DNA of 64,000 nucleotides from NCBI RefSeq assembly GCF_009914755.1, contig NC_060937.1, one strand, 5' to 3'. Origin of the DNA: the human T2T-CHM13v2.0 reference genome, Homo sapiens. Shown one piece after another: positions 29,520-42,985 of the stretch. The translations under genes were made by a program, and so were the position numbers. Positions within the stretch are counted from its first letter, which is position 1, and each line of letters begins with the position of its first letter. The notes under the pieces are model-generated. The model was not told the DNA's origin, did not search any database, and saw only the letters and a program-made list of their open reading frames with translations.

Positions 29520-30604
29520 GCCCTGACAGCAATCGGTTATTGGCTATGTGATGCCGAGGGAGTGGATAACTTCCTAGCATGGTGGCTTCTGCTCTGCAAG
29601 GGCAATTCTTCAGGAAGCAGGTGGCTGCGGTGAGCAATACTCAAAGCTGGGAGATGAGTGCATCCGCCTGGTAAAGGGGCCCTGGGCAAGGCACCAATAG
29701 CATCCACTGGGGGTGTTGATTATAATCTAGTACCTAAATATAGTTTTGGTTTTGACAGGTCAGTTTGTACACAAACACAATTGTGGAAATATTTTGCATT
29801 TCTTTTGAAGGTCTCACCTCCTTAGTGTGTGTATCCAGGAGGTACACAACTAGAACTGCATGCACGAGGCAGCAGCAGTGGGAAGCAGCAAGGTGATCTA
29901 GAGACACTTTATTTATTACTCACTAAGTCCCAAAAAGTGCTTGCAAATATAGAAAGTGCAGGTAGAGATGATCAATAATAACTAACTATAGTGTCTTCCC
30001 TTCATTGCCATTGAGGTCTTGGTTTCCAATAAGACACTTCATAACTCATTCCTAAGCATGCTGTTGGAAATGGGAGGGAGGGAGAGGTGGCACACCAACG
30101 AGGTCAGGGAGGGAAGAGAGACTCTACGTCAGATGACGATGTCTCAGTTGTCACTTCAGGTTCTGGCTGCTCTCTCCACTGTACAAGGAAAGCCACCAAA
30201 TAGAGGGCAAACTGCTCCCCCTACTCTCCCCAGAACACCCCTTTTTCCTATCCCTAGGTGTAAGTGCAGGAGACCCTGAGCATCTAATGGAGTCAGATGC
30301 TAAGTTAAACACCCAGAAGTCCCGGTTTCTATGGGGCCAGAGGAAAAGGCAGAGTGCTATTTCCAGACTTCAGTGGCAACCGAAAAATGAAAAAGACTCG
30401 TGTGGGTGTGGGGCAAAGGCTGCCCCAGAATGTCCAAACTTTAGCTTCAATAAACCTATCATAGCCATAATGAGGCAGTGCTGGGGCAGAAAAGAGAACC
30501 ATATAGGGTCTTCTGCTCTGGCAGAATCATACCTGGTTGTGCAACCAAAGTGTCTTCTCACACCTGCCTCCTATGACACCATTTGGGTTTCTCCAACAGT
30601 CTTC

Positions 30605-30607
<3 letters not shown>

Positions 30608-30657
<50 letters not shown>
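30608..30657. repeat. Perfect (GT)25 microsatellite
   Basis: Counted directly. Confidence 0.98.
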
Positions 30658-30659
<2 letters not shown>

Positions 30660-30869
30660 AGAAAGAAGCATCTGGTCACCAGAAACTCAAAGGCCAATAA
30701 CTCTTAACAAAAATACATTCACACTGAACAAGTGAACACTCAATCTAACACACAGCACCTGTGGCCCTGGGATGCTAGGCATGAGGTGGTTTTCTGCAGT
30801 GCTGCTTCTCATTCACCATCAGCATCAGAATCAGCATGAGCTTAATGACTGCTTGTTGCCTGCTTTGCA

Positions 30870-31127
30870 GTGATGATGACAATGATGGTAATATTAATGA
30901 TGATGATGATGATGATGTTAATGAGCCCATGGACCAGATTTAGTGCTGCTGCCTATTTTGAAATTAAGAAATACATGATGACAGAAACTGAATTCAGGTA
31001 GCACTGGGCTAAAGACAGATGACTGATGACTGCTTGGTGGCTAGCTTATATGCAATTCTTATGATGACCCTAAGGTAATTGTTGTTGATGATGATGATAA
31101 TGATAATTGATGATCATGATCATGATG
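30870..31127. repeat. Two degenerate (TGA)n tracts (~30870-30920 and ~31078-31127)
   Basis: Visible directly in the sequence. Confidence 0.85.
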
Positions 31128-31299
31128 AGTCAGATCTGGGAAAACATCACCTGGCCTTCAGCAGCTAATGCATAGTAGTAATGAATAATTTTCTCTGGGC
31201 TTGAATAGGAATTCATGGTATGGACGTGGAAAAGAAGGAGGCTCTAGATCAAAAGAGAAAAGATAAGCATGGTCCGTTTTCAAGATATTGTGAAAAGTA

Positions 31300-31525
31300 C
31301 AGGTTGAGCAATCCAAAAATCTGAAATGCTCAAAATTCTGCAACTTTTTGAGTATCAATATGATGCTCAAAGGTCATGCTCAAAGGAAATGCTCATTGGA
31401 GCATTTTAGATTTTAGATTTTCAGTTTGGGAATGCTCAACCAGCAAATATAATGCAAATATTCCAAAATCCTAAATCTAAAACACTTCTGGCTCCAAGCA
31501 TTTCAATTAAGAAACATTCATTCTG
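31300..31525. mobile_element. Tigger4/MER46-like Tc-mar MITE
   Basis: TA|CAGGTTGAGCA...CTG|TA termini with a TA TSD; internal GGAAATGCTCATTGGAGCATTT. Confidence 0.85.
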
Positions 31526-31587
31526 TACTGATGTGGAGGCTGAAAACCTTGAATTTTATTTACCAGGTAGGGGAACATCATCATTAG

Positions 31588-31798
31588 TAGTGTTTCTTAA
31601 CCTCATTAGTACTGACATTTTGGAATAGATAATTGCTGTGGGAGTCTGTTCTGTGTGCTGTGGGGTGTTTAACAGCATCCCTGCCCTCCAACCACTTGAC
31701 GCCAGTAGCACACCTCCAGTAGTTACTGTGTAAAATATCTGTGGACATTACCAAATGCTCCTGGGGGAGGTCAAAAGCACCCTCGTTGAGAAGCATTG
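31588..31798. mobile_element. MER20 (hAT-Charlie)
   Basis: ACTGACATTTTGG...TGTTTAACAGCATCCCTG...GACATTACCAAATG...TTGAGAAGCATTG. Confidence 0.85.
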
Positions 31799-34501
31799 AG
31801 CTAAGAGAAACAGCAGACAACACGAAGCAGTCAACAGAGAACGGCCCTAAGCAGGAGAAGAAATGTCAGGCTGAAGGCAGTTCGTGCAGGGAGAGAGACT
31901 GTCCTCCCTCTTCCAGAGAAAAGAGCTGTCACGACACTGGACGAGGGCCCAGAGGCAGGACTTCAGAGCAACAACCTCAGAGAGCCATGATTCCAGAGCA
32001 GTCTCAGTGCCTGCTGTCACCACCTCGGACACAGCAGGTCCCACTCACCTCGGCTAGAGCTGCACCTGACTCACCCAGTCAGGGAGATGCCACTGTCTTC
32101 CTGAGGCCCTCTCATTTGGAGAGCACCTTCTTCAGAGCAACCCAAGGGAAGCCGGAGTTCCTCTTCAGCAGGGCTTTGAGATGCTTTCTAGCATGCCAGG
32201 TCCCTCCCTTCACAAAGGAAACACCCAGAGAGCAGGGAAGCAAGGGGCAAGCCCTCCCTCGCAGCGGCGCGGTCGACCCAAGCAGGAAGTGGAATCCTGC
32301 AGGGAAGCTGCCCAGAGCCCCTCTGCCTGCCACAGGTCCCTGTAAAAATGGTAGAATAAGTGCTAGGAAATGCAAATTGTAATCAAGGGCCATGCGACAC
32401 TTAAAAAACTACACCTTGGTTTCCAAAGAAACAGAATGCTATTATGAGAGGCTCTGCCTCATTAGCCTCGGTTAATGTCAGCGTGTGTCTGAGGACAATG
32501 CCCCATGGTTCTATGATGGAGAGCAACTCAGCTGTGATGCCGCCTTCTCTTCTTCAATTGGATTGAGAATGAAGGCTTCACCTGTGGCTCTGAAGCAGAC
32601 AGGTAGGAGTCTCACTGAGACACCTAGACACAGAACAAATGACTCACCAGGATGAAGCTCCACCACTGCACAGCAGAGGAACGTGCACTGTACCCAGTGG
32701 TGACTTGGGGCTCGGGCTCTGGGAGCCAGTGTGGCTCCTTACAGGCTGTGTGTTCTGGAGGGACTGAAATCTTCTCCTAGCAAATGGTGGACCAGGCTGG
32801 GGTCCCTGGAGCAAAGAGCAGCATGCAGGGCTGGGCTGTACCTGGGCATGTCAGTACCCCCTGCAAAGGTTAACTTAGCCCGCTAAGGGGACTCCCTGAG
32901 GCATCTAATTCAAAGGGTGAAATAATCTATTGAGTGCAGCCACACAGAATGAGCAGTTATGGGGGAGAGAAGGGATTCACTGAAACAGGGCAGGCTTTGT
33001 AGGGCTCCCATAGCTCCACCCTTGGGCCCAGGGCAACTCCTAGGGCCCCAAGCCAATTTTGAGCCCCCAGCAAGACAGGGAGCCCCTAGAGCTTCAGTAT
33101 TCTCATATGAAAAACTAGGATAATGAGGCCTAACCACAGGTGACTGTGAGAACAAGGAAGAACATATGAGAAAGTGCTTCATGGGCCCTAAAGTGGGGAG
33201 TAAATGTTGGTTGTTATTGGCCTAATTGCATATGCTTTACAAATGGTACTTTCATTGTAATAAAGCATCTGCATTTCTACAGGAGAAGTTCTAGAGTTAT
33301 TTTAACTCCTGATAAGAAAATAATATGTCCATGAGAGACCCTGACCCTGAGGCATTCAAACAGTTTGCAAACAGGCCTGGGCTCCCTGCCAGCACAGGCA
33401 GGCACTCCCCGGGATCCCAGGCCCTAGGGCAGTTTCAGAGACAGCAACCCAAAGCCATGCCAACTCTCCTCTAGAAGTACAAACAGTCCCTGCAGGCTCC
33501 TGGACAAACATCCAACTGACCCTTGATGCTGGGGACCAACAGTGAAAGGGAAGCTATACCCTGACTCCACATTAGCAAAGACGAATGAGCTGGAACTCAC
33601 TTCTTTCTGCTCTTCCTATGTGATCTGGTCTGTTCAGAAACGCCTTTGCAGTGCTCTGAAGCCACATCTTCTGTAGCAGGTTGTTTGCAAAAACAACTGC
33701 AATGACCCTCCCCTCCCACATGGTTAATGTTCCTCTCCTCCCAACGTGAGCAGGGATCTGGGGTGCATCTGTGACTTGCTTTGACCCATGGGATGCAGCA
33801 GAAGTGATGTTGCATAACTTCCAAGCTGAGGCTTTACGTGGCCTTGTGGCTTCTGCTGTCTTGAACGGCCTTTGACATCCCCTAAGGGAGCTCACTCTAG
33901 AGCCCTTCATGAGAGGCCACATGAAGACAGAGGCTCTGATACCATATTAACCATGTCTTTTTATGTATTCTGACACTTCAACATCTAGGGCCTTGCTGAC
34001 CTTGGCAGGTCTGTCCCTCCCAGGGTTAGCCAATTCCTAGAGACAGTAAACAACTTGCCCTTGAGCGTGCTTTTCACACACAAACTAACCAGTCGAGAGC
34101 TCATGCCCCCAGCTGCCTACTTCATCAGCCTTCCACAGGACTCACACACTCTAGGCCACTATTCCTCTGCCCTAAGCACCCCAAGGCCAGGTACCAGACA
34201 ACTAGGGACAGCCCCTATACCCAGAGCCTGCTGAAACTACTCAAACTATAATAGCTAACCTTAACCCTGCTCACCTTGCCTCACTCATTCCTTCCCATGG
34301 AAACCACCGTAAAGGCTCTTGCTCATGTTTTTCCATCACTCCTATCTTCTCGCTGACCATACTGCCTCCCTATTCGGTGCTGCATGGCATAGTACTTTCC
34401 CTTCTGTTGGGATCTGTGAGTAACAAACCATCTTTTCAGTGGTAATCGACACTTGATCTGTTCATCTCTCCATACCTGAAGAATAATGCAACCTATATAT
34501 A

Positions 34502-37500
34502 TTTTTTAAATCAACTATAATTTATTCAATTAAGCATAAATTTACTTTCACATTTGTCTACAACCACAGTAAATACAGTTCTTGGAATAAGGACAAAGAC
34601 TTTAGAATTTAAAACCTCACCACCTGCAAGATTACATATATAAAACTCCCACTACTGTTTAGATAATAGTGGATTAATCAAATTAAAATAGTTAACACTA
34701 TCTAGAATAAAATAAAATGGAAATAATTTACTCATAAGATTCCTATTTAAATCATCCTTATTTACAAAATACTATCCTGAGAATTATAATTCTATTGTTT
34801 CAATTTGAGCAAAAGTGTAATCACTGAAGTAACAGCAGTTACTTCAACTGAAAATGAGAATAGTCAAAATGACTTTTGAAGACAGCAAAAATATTATCAG
34901 GTTTCTTGCTGTGGTTCTGGATCTTCAGCAGCAGGCTCATTTGAAGGCAGACTCAACCCTAAAGGGAACTCACTCTATCTTCAGAATGTGCGGGTGGGGG
35001 TAGGGGGGCAAAATCCAGGTCTTGGGGGAAGGTAAGGAGGAAAACCCCTCGGTGGACAGACATTTCTCATTGCAAATGGAGCACGTGGTGGACCTGGGAC
35101 ATCCCTTGGTGGAAAATAATCTGGAGAAGCTCCAAACATGGTTCCTGGAGGAGGTGGAGGAAAAGGAGGTCCTCTTCTCATGAACGGGCCCCTCGTATCC
35201 ACTGGAAACAACGGACCTCTGATTGGAGCAAGAGGTGGAGGAACAAAGCCAGGGCCACTCACTTCATTTCCAGCAGGGAGAGATGAGTCAGCCACATTTA
35301 AATTACCAAGATTATCTTTGGTATCATTTCCACTGGATTCCATTTCTGAAGGCATTGACCCATCCATTTTATCCAAAGAAGGTATATTAAAACTTCTGAG
35401 TTCTGCTAGTCCAGAGCGTCTAGCAGAATTAGAATAAAATCTGTCTTGCCTTTGTGGAGGAAGAGCTGAATCAGGATATGATTGTCCTGGTGGAGGAAAC
35501 ATCATCCTACGGTCCTGTTCCCACGGAGGTGACAGGGGCCCAGTGTCAGAAGGAGCCTTGTGAGGATCAGTAAACCTATCACAGCTTGATTCTCCTCTTT
35601 CCTTGGTAATCTGGTGGTCCAGAGGATTCCCTGGGCCTCTTGGGTCTCTTCCTCCTCCCCCTGGAAGCAAAGGTGAGAGTCTCAGTGGACCCTCCAACAA
35701 AGTCGGAAGATAGAGAAAAGCTCTCGTTTCAGATGAAGGCCGACCCAATGGTGAGGGACCATATGAGGAATGCTCTCTGCCAAATGCTGTATTTGGAACA
35801 TCAAGTGCATAAGGATCTTTTTCTAAAAGTTTAATTTTAAACTCTGTTTCAGCTAATTTTTGTCTTTTGTGAGCATTTTCTTTCCTTAAATCATTGAGGT
35901 TTCTTTCAGCAGTCCATGCTGCCAAACAATTATCATGTGCTTTTTTCTCATGGTATATAATCTTCCCTTGATAAAAAAGAATAGTTCTCTCAAGTTCTTC
36001 TTCAAGATCTTTGGCTCGCTTTCTGCAGGTCTCCAGCTCTTCAGTGGCATGGCTGATCATTTCGTCTACTTTAGAAAGTTTCTCTTTCTCTAACCGGTTA
36101 TTTTCCTCTACTATTAATTTCCTGTAGAGTTTCATTTCATTTTCTTGATATAACTCAGTCATTAACTTTCTGTTGAAGTTTCTGATTCTCACTTTCAAAA
36201 TGTGTGTTTTCCGACTGCAAAGATGCTTGTTCCGTCTGAAGATTTTTAATATGCTCTCTAAGCTCTTCCTTGGTTTTATCAACTTCAGATAACTGAATAT
36301 AAATTGGTTTCTTTCTCCTTCTAAGGTTGTTAAAGAAGCATTTAACTTAGCAGCATGAATCAGTTTCTTCAAAGCTCCTTTTGGAGGATTATCTAAGTAA
36401 GCACCATCTTTCAATTCACTGTTCATTTCTAATTCCAAGTTACCATCATCCGTTATGTCTTCTTCCAGCACAGCAGCCTGATCTTTGATCTTTAGCAAGC
36501 GTTCAGTCAGAGTCTCGATGTGATTTTCTTTATCATTTAGAACTTGTTCTGCGTGTACTTTGGAGTCTTCAAATGTTATTTTCTGTTTATTAAGTTCACT
36601 CACTTGTTCTTTCCATACTTCAGCTTCTTGCAAAAGCTGTTTCTGGCTTTCCTGAAGTTGACAATTTTCACTCGAAGCATCTTGTATTCCTATCTCCAGT
36701 TTTTCTTCATTCATTTGAAATCCCTTGAAGGTCATTTTGGCTTCAGTTAGTAGTGATTTGAGGGATTTTGACTCATCTTCTAGAGACTGTATCTTTTTGG
36801 AAATATCTGCCATCACCTCATCTTGTTCAGAATGTTTAGATTTCTCTTCTTTTATCCCCTTTTCTAGACAGAGTATTTCATGCTCCAGTTCAGAATTGGA
36901 CCTGTTCAGCTTTTCACAGTTTGCCTCCAGACTTTGTGCTTCTGTTGCCTCCTTCTCAAAGCTGGCATCCTCTAAAGATGACTCTACTTCATAGCCTTCA
37001 TACTCTTTTTGAACAAGGCTAAATTTTTCAAGTAGTCTACATTTTTCTTCAATTAGTCCAGAAAGCGCTATAGCAAGCTCTTTCTCTCTTCCCACATAAA
37101 GCCGACTCCTAACCGATCTAAAACTTCTCCACAAAAAAAAGGGAACAGCAACAAATCCAAGGACAGCTGCACATATCACCAATTCCCATGGAAAACCATA
37201 AGGATTCGAATTTGGTCTCACACCTTCAGGCAGTGCTGCCATAACCCTGGGTAGCAACTGCAGGACCAGCCCCAAGTACAGCTGAGGGGTAGCCCTAGGC
37301 TCCTCCATAGTGCCAAGGCTGCTCTGGCAGTGGCCAAAGTAACCACGGCCTGTCGAGGCCACAATAAGCGGCAGAGAATACACAGCCTTCTGTTCGGAAC
37401 TCAAATCTGCGCCAGGCAACCGGAGCGGACCACTGCGGAGTCAGCTGCGGGGGAATCTGGAGGACACGAGCACCCACAGGCCTGACAGGCCCACGCTGCC

Positions 37501-37542
37501 CACCCCAGCCCCCTTGTTACACTCTACATCCTGAGGCAGCGC
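34502..37542 (-). pseudogene. CTAGE3P: Processed retrocopy of cTAGE5 (MIA2) mRNA, CTAGE family; includes 5'UTR, coding region, 3'UTR and a poly(A) remnant
   Basis: Intronless cTAGE homology (MEEP..., TM segment [21 protein letters not shown], coiled coils, Pro-rich tail). Minus-strand AATAAA at 34521-34526 and a T-run at 34502-34507. Degenerate TSD and a TT/AAAA L1-endonuclease site at ~37557. The symbol is inferred from its position next to ATP7B. Confidence 0.9.
34981..37308 (-). CDS. Open 775-aa cTAGE-like ORF within the retrocopy (translation unproven)
   Basis: ATG at 37308 in strong Kozak context (GGCACTATGG), with no stop until TGA at 34981-34983. The track's 812-aa version starts at an upstream TTG. 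Confidence 0.45.
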   Translation of the reverse strand: MEEPRATPQLYLGLVLQLLPRVMAALPEGVRPNSNPYGFPWELVICAAVLGFVAVPFFLWRSFRSVRSRLYVGREKELAIALSGLIEEKCRLLEKFSLVQKEYEGYEVESSLEDASFEKEATEAQSLEANCEKLNRSNSELEHEILCLEKGIKEEKSKHSEQDEVMADISKKIQSLEDESKSLKSLLTEAKMTFKGFQMNEEKLEIGIQDASSENCQLQESQKQLLQEAEVWKEQVSELNKQKITFEDSKVHAEQVLNDKENHIETLTERLLKIKDQAAVLEEDITDDGNLELEMNSELKDGAYLDNPPKGALKKLIHAAKLNASLTTLEGERNQFIFSYLKLIKPRKSLESILKIFRRNKHLCSRKTHILKVRIRNFNRKLMTELYQENEMKLYRKLIVEENNRLEKEKLSKVDEMISHATEELETCRKRAKDLEEELERTILFYQGKIIYHEKKAHDNCLAAWTAERNLNDLRKENAHKRQKLAETEFKIKLLEKDPYALDVPNTAFGREHSSYGPSPLGRPSSETRAFLYLPTLLEGPLRLSPLLPGGGGRDPRGPGNPLDHQITKERGESSCDRFTDPHKAPSDTGPLSPPWEQDRRMMFPPPGQSYPDSALPPQRQDRFYSNSARRSGLAELRSFNIPSLDKMDGSMPSEMESSGNDTKDNLGNLNVADSSLPAGNEVSGPGFVPPPLAPIRGPLFPVDTRGPFMRRGPPFPPPPPGTMFGASPDYFPPRDVPGPPRAPFAMRNVCPPRGFPPYLPPRPGFCPPTPTRTF

Positions 37543-38384
37543 TAAAACCTGTATTTTAAAACAATACCACATGCAGAGAAAGACTCAGGTGACCCAGCAT
37601 CCCAGCTATGCCCATCCCCAAGCTGACACCCTAGCTAAATGCAGTCTTGTGCATGAGCCCAGGTGAGGCCAGCAGAAGAAACTCCCAGCTGACAGAATGA
37701 TAAGGAATAACAAATCATTGTTTTAAGTCGCTAAGCTTTGGGGTCTTTCATTATGCAGCAATAGCTAACTGAAATACCTGCCACCTTATCACTTTGGTGT
37801 TTCAGTATCTGTTGCCTGAAATCATTACTTTGGGTGCTTGACTAAGATTATGCCCCATGGTAAATTGTGATAAGTAATTTTACAGCTAAAATATAAATTT
37901 TCTGATTGACCATTACGTCATTGAAGAGAGATTTATTAAGCTCCTCCCAGACGAGGCAGATTATGCTTTTTAGGTTAACTCCTTCCAGGAAAGGGCTCAC
38001 CTCTGCCTAGCATGATCCTCAACTGTCCCATGCACGACTGAAAAACACTAGTCTCATCCCCAGAAGATCCAGGGCACTTAAAACAGTGCTGTCACATAGA
38101 GAGTGTTCCTCTTAACTGTCCATCAAACGTACCTGCTCTGTGTCCATTTCTGAAACACTGGCAATCCTTCAACACAGATGATGCCCTGCCCTGCAATGAG
38201 CCATCACCTCCCGCGCATGCACATATCTTCAACTCATCCGGAAAGCTTGCTCCTTCAGGAGAGGAACCAACTACCTAGCAAAATGTCCTTCACGTACTAG
38301 ATGTTCTATAAATATTTTTGCTTAATTGGTTTCTGGAGACTCTGGGTTTTTTGCTTTTTGTTTGTTTTTGCTAGGCACCAGTTG

Positions 38385-38960
38385 GCTGCTCTAAGCGTGG
38401 GCCCACGCTGACCTGACAGTGGGTGTTCACATTGAAACAGAGGTCACATCTGCCACTCCCTTGCCCACAGCCTCCATTGGCTTCTAAACTTGCCCGAGAC
38501 AGAGCCTCCCGGCCCTCCATGCACTGCCCAGCTCCATCTCCTCCTCTCCGACCCACTCCCTCCCACTGCTCTGCTTCTGCCTTCCCCTCCTTGCCTTTCC
38601 CTGAACACAACAAGCCCACTGCTGCCTCAGGGCTTTCCCGCTTCTTTCCTCTGCCTGGACCACCCTTACTTCGGGCACCCACATGGCCACTCCCTCAAGG
38701 ATCTGTTTGAATGTCACCTGTCAGTGTGGCACCTCCCACCCTCACCCTAGCCTTGCAGGCTCTATCTCACTTCCTTCCTTCGTCTTTCTCCATAGCTGTC
38801 TTCCTCCATCATGGTCTGACAAACCACAGATTCATCTATTTGCTGATCATTATGTAAAGGTCCAAAAGGGCCAAGATGCGGTGGTTTTCCCTGTTTTTCC
38901 AGTCCCGAGCACAGTGTGTGCAGCAGGTATTCGGTAATTATTAAGAAGTGAATGGACACG
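38385..38960. mobile_element. L2 fragment(s)
   Basis: TCCCTGAACACA...CTGCCTCAGGGCTTT...CCTCTGCCTGGA and a degenerate L2 3' end near 38900-38955. Confidence 0.6.
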
Positions 38961-41604
38961 AGAGGGAGGCAGAGCTCTTGAGACCTGTTTCCCATTCACG
39001 CTTGTTCTTTGTGCTGCTACCAGTGGCTGTTCTGCAAACAGCCTTCTCCGTATCACGTGGGGGCAGCAGCCTCAGGAGCACCGAGCCATGCCTGGCACAT
39101 CCTCCACAGAGCTCCCAGCCCACAGTACATTCTCGGGAAACTGATCTCTTACTAAAAGCTGTGGGGGACTGGAGAGAGGGTTTATGTGGTACACCCCTTG
39201 GCCACACTTTCCAAATTTCCCTCTAAACGCCTTTCTCTTTCTTTCACTAAACTTCCTCCCTAATTATTGCCAATTTGTTTCTCTAGGACCACTCCAGGAA
39301 GCCTCGCCAGCCCCTAGACCCAGTAAGTGATGCTCCACAGCTCCACATGCCCCAGACATGTGGGCTACCAGTGGCACTGACCTCGGTGTCTGCCTACTGA
39401 CCCCTGCTCATCCACCCATCACGGCTTTGGAAGCTCAAGGGCAGCGACAGTGGCCCCCATGTCCAGTGCAGTCCTGGCACACAGTTCACATTTAATGCAC
39501 GCTCACTGAATGGATGAATGAATACATACACGAATGAAGCAGAAAAAATACTTAGGAATCTGAAAAGTTAGACGGATGGAAATGACAATAGAAGGAGCTT
39601 CAGAGTTAGAAAATTAACACTTGTGAACCCAGGATTCTGCCTGCCATTCAGGACTAACAGGTGTCCACTGAACAAAGCTTTCCAAGGAAAGCAATTTCAC
39701 AGCTTCACCACTTCCTCTTTCTGGGCAAAGCCTGTTAATTCACACACCAAATTAATAGATGAGTGGGCAAACTGCATTCTCAGGGTTCAGTCTGTGCTCA
39801 TGTTATCCTAAAGCTAACGCTTCGTGTGGAATGCAGTTGAGGACCTCGGGTTGAAGGTGAAAGCTCCTCCCCCTACTCTTAGACATCCCTTTCCCCCAAA
39901 TGGCAGGGTCAGGAGCTTCAATCCCTTGCATAAAAAAATTCTACTGAGATACACTGAATTTTAAACAAATAACCAAGGAGCTAAGTGAGGCAGTTTGCTT
40001 TTACCAGTGGCATTTTGAAATTTACCAGGAAGGTTTTTAAAAAATAGTATTGGCGCCAAAGAAATGGGAGGGGTGTTCCTGAAAAGGGCAATGCAGCAGA
40101 ATGAACCTCTTGGAATGACTGTAATTATATTGTCTCCCTGCTCTCTAAGCCAGTGACAACGTGTGCTTACTGAGCTCTTCCCTGATGAGCAGGCCCCTCA
40201 GTCCTCTTTTTCTGGATTTGCAGCTGCATTGCAGGGGCAGCTTAAAATAACCCAAACCCAGGCCAGGCTGCAACTGATGTCGGACGCTCTAGGCTACAGG
40301 GCTTGGGGCAGCACCACCTAGAGTCTGCAGCCATTATGGTGCATGTCCTTCTGGGGGATGCTAATGACCAGGAAGTCTCCAGAGGATTGGGCCAGCCAGG
40401 AAATACAGCCTGCCCTCATCTATTAGCCTTTTCTCCTGGAAAAGATGTCTGCAGTACAAACATCTGATGCCTCTGGGAAAGAAATACTGCTACACATGCT
40501 CTAAAGATGACAAATAAAATCACCACAGCCTGTTGTCATCAGGCAGACCTGTGGTGATCAAGCAGCATGGCTGGGATTTTGGGTGCATTTGGGAGGACCC
40601 GGCAGAAAGAGAATGCCAGAGGCTGTCAGCCTGCTGCACAGCTGCAAACATGTTAAGAGAGACAGACAGGCAAAGCTGACATCTGTCAGGGAACAATTAG
40701 CTGCCATCAAGCCCTTACCTCTGTTCAGCCCTCTGCAGGTGTGAGATGTTTGCAGATGTCCTTCTATTCTAACACAGTTTCTTCTTCACACACATTGAGA
40801 AAAAAGGAAGCTGAGAGTACATGCTGCAGGAAGAAGTCACTTGATTCCCAAGGTCAGTTCAGCTCAGGAACAACAATCACCAGTTCCACGGGTGCTACAG
40901 GCCAATACATGCAGAGTTGGATCGTGTAACTTGTCATATAATGCCTCATTTAATCCATGAATAACTCGATGAGGTGGGTCATATTAAGCTCGTTTAATAC
41001 ATAGGGAAATTGACGCTTAGCAGGGCTGAGCAGCACTGTCACCAAGGTGGAGAAAGCCAGGCAAGTAGAGGTCAGCCAGGTATGTCTGTCGCACTGGAAA
41101 CGCCAGTGTTCTCCTGCTCACCTTGCAGGTCTTGAGACTGACTGCAGCATCTCAGGCCAATTCAGGGACAGGGGACAGGGGCTGGAAGGGACATTCCTCT
41201 TGGGGACCCAGAGCTGACTCCTGGGATTCCCCACTTAGCCCACCTGCCACCATGTAAGGCGGGCGATGGAGCTGTGAGTTCAGCCTCTGACTCTGCTACT
41301 CTGGGCAACTCCCACAACCTCCCTGAGTGGCAATGGTTAATTGCACTGTCTGAGAGCTGGCCATAGAGTGCATTAGCTGAGAGATCCTGGCTCCTCGGAG
41401 TGTGGCCCACAGAGCAGCAGCCTCACAGCACCTGGGCACCAGCCCACATCTACTGAGTCAGAATCTGAACTTTAACAAGACCCTGACTCCAGGGGCACAT
41501 GTTAGAGTCCAAGATGCCCTTTTGAGGCCCACGTTTGAACTCCAGCTTCAAATCCTGGCTTGGCCATTTAGTGGCTGTGATTTCGGCTGTTACTTAATTA
41601 CTCT

Positions 41605-42985
<1,381 letters not shown>

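Larger units (their letters stand above)
33943..37563 (+). mobile_element. MER39-like ERV1 solo LTR, split near its 3' end by the CTAGE retrocopy (33943-~34500 plus 37543-37563)
   Basis: CCTTGCTGACC...CCCTCCCAGGGTTAGCCAATTCCTAGAGA matches the recalled MER39 consensus. The element ends ...ATTTTAAAACA. A 4-bp TSD ATAC lies at 33939-33942 and 37564-37567. Confidence 0.75.
33672..37776 (+). mobile_element. MLT1 (G/H-like) MaLR LTR, split by the MER39-like element (33672-33942 plus 37564-37776)
   Basis: 5' part TGTAGCAGG...GACTTGCTTTGACC...GAGAGGCCACATG. 3' part ends TTTTAAGTCGCTAAGCTTTGGGG...GCAGCAATAGCTAACTGAAATA. The two halves join across the ATAC TSD. Confidence 0.7.

Noticed and set aside
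30830-31140. Several ATGATGA...CTGA pairs resembling C/D-box snoRNAs
   Set aside because: They arise from (TGA)n low-complexity tracts, and no terminal stem or host-intron context is evident.
31741-32382. 213-aa + strand ORF
   Set aside because: GTG start inside MER20, no recognisable domain, and a composition typical of chance ORFs in GC-richer DNA.
37309-37419. 37-aa N-terminal extension of the CTAGE ORF in the track (812 aa)
   Set aside because: It starts at TTG in sequence that corresponds to the parent 5'UTR. The homologous start is the ATG at 37308.
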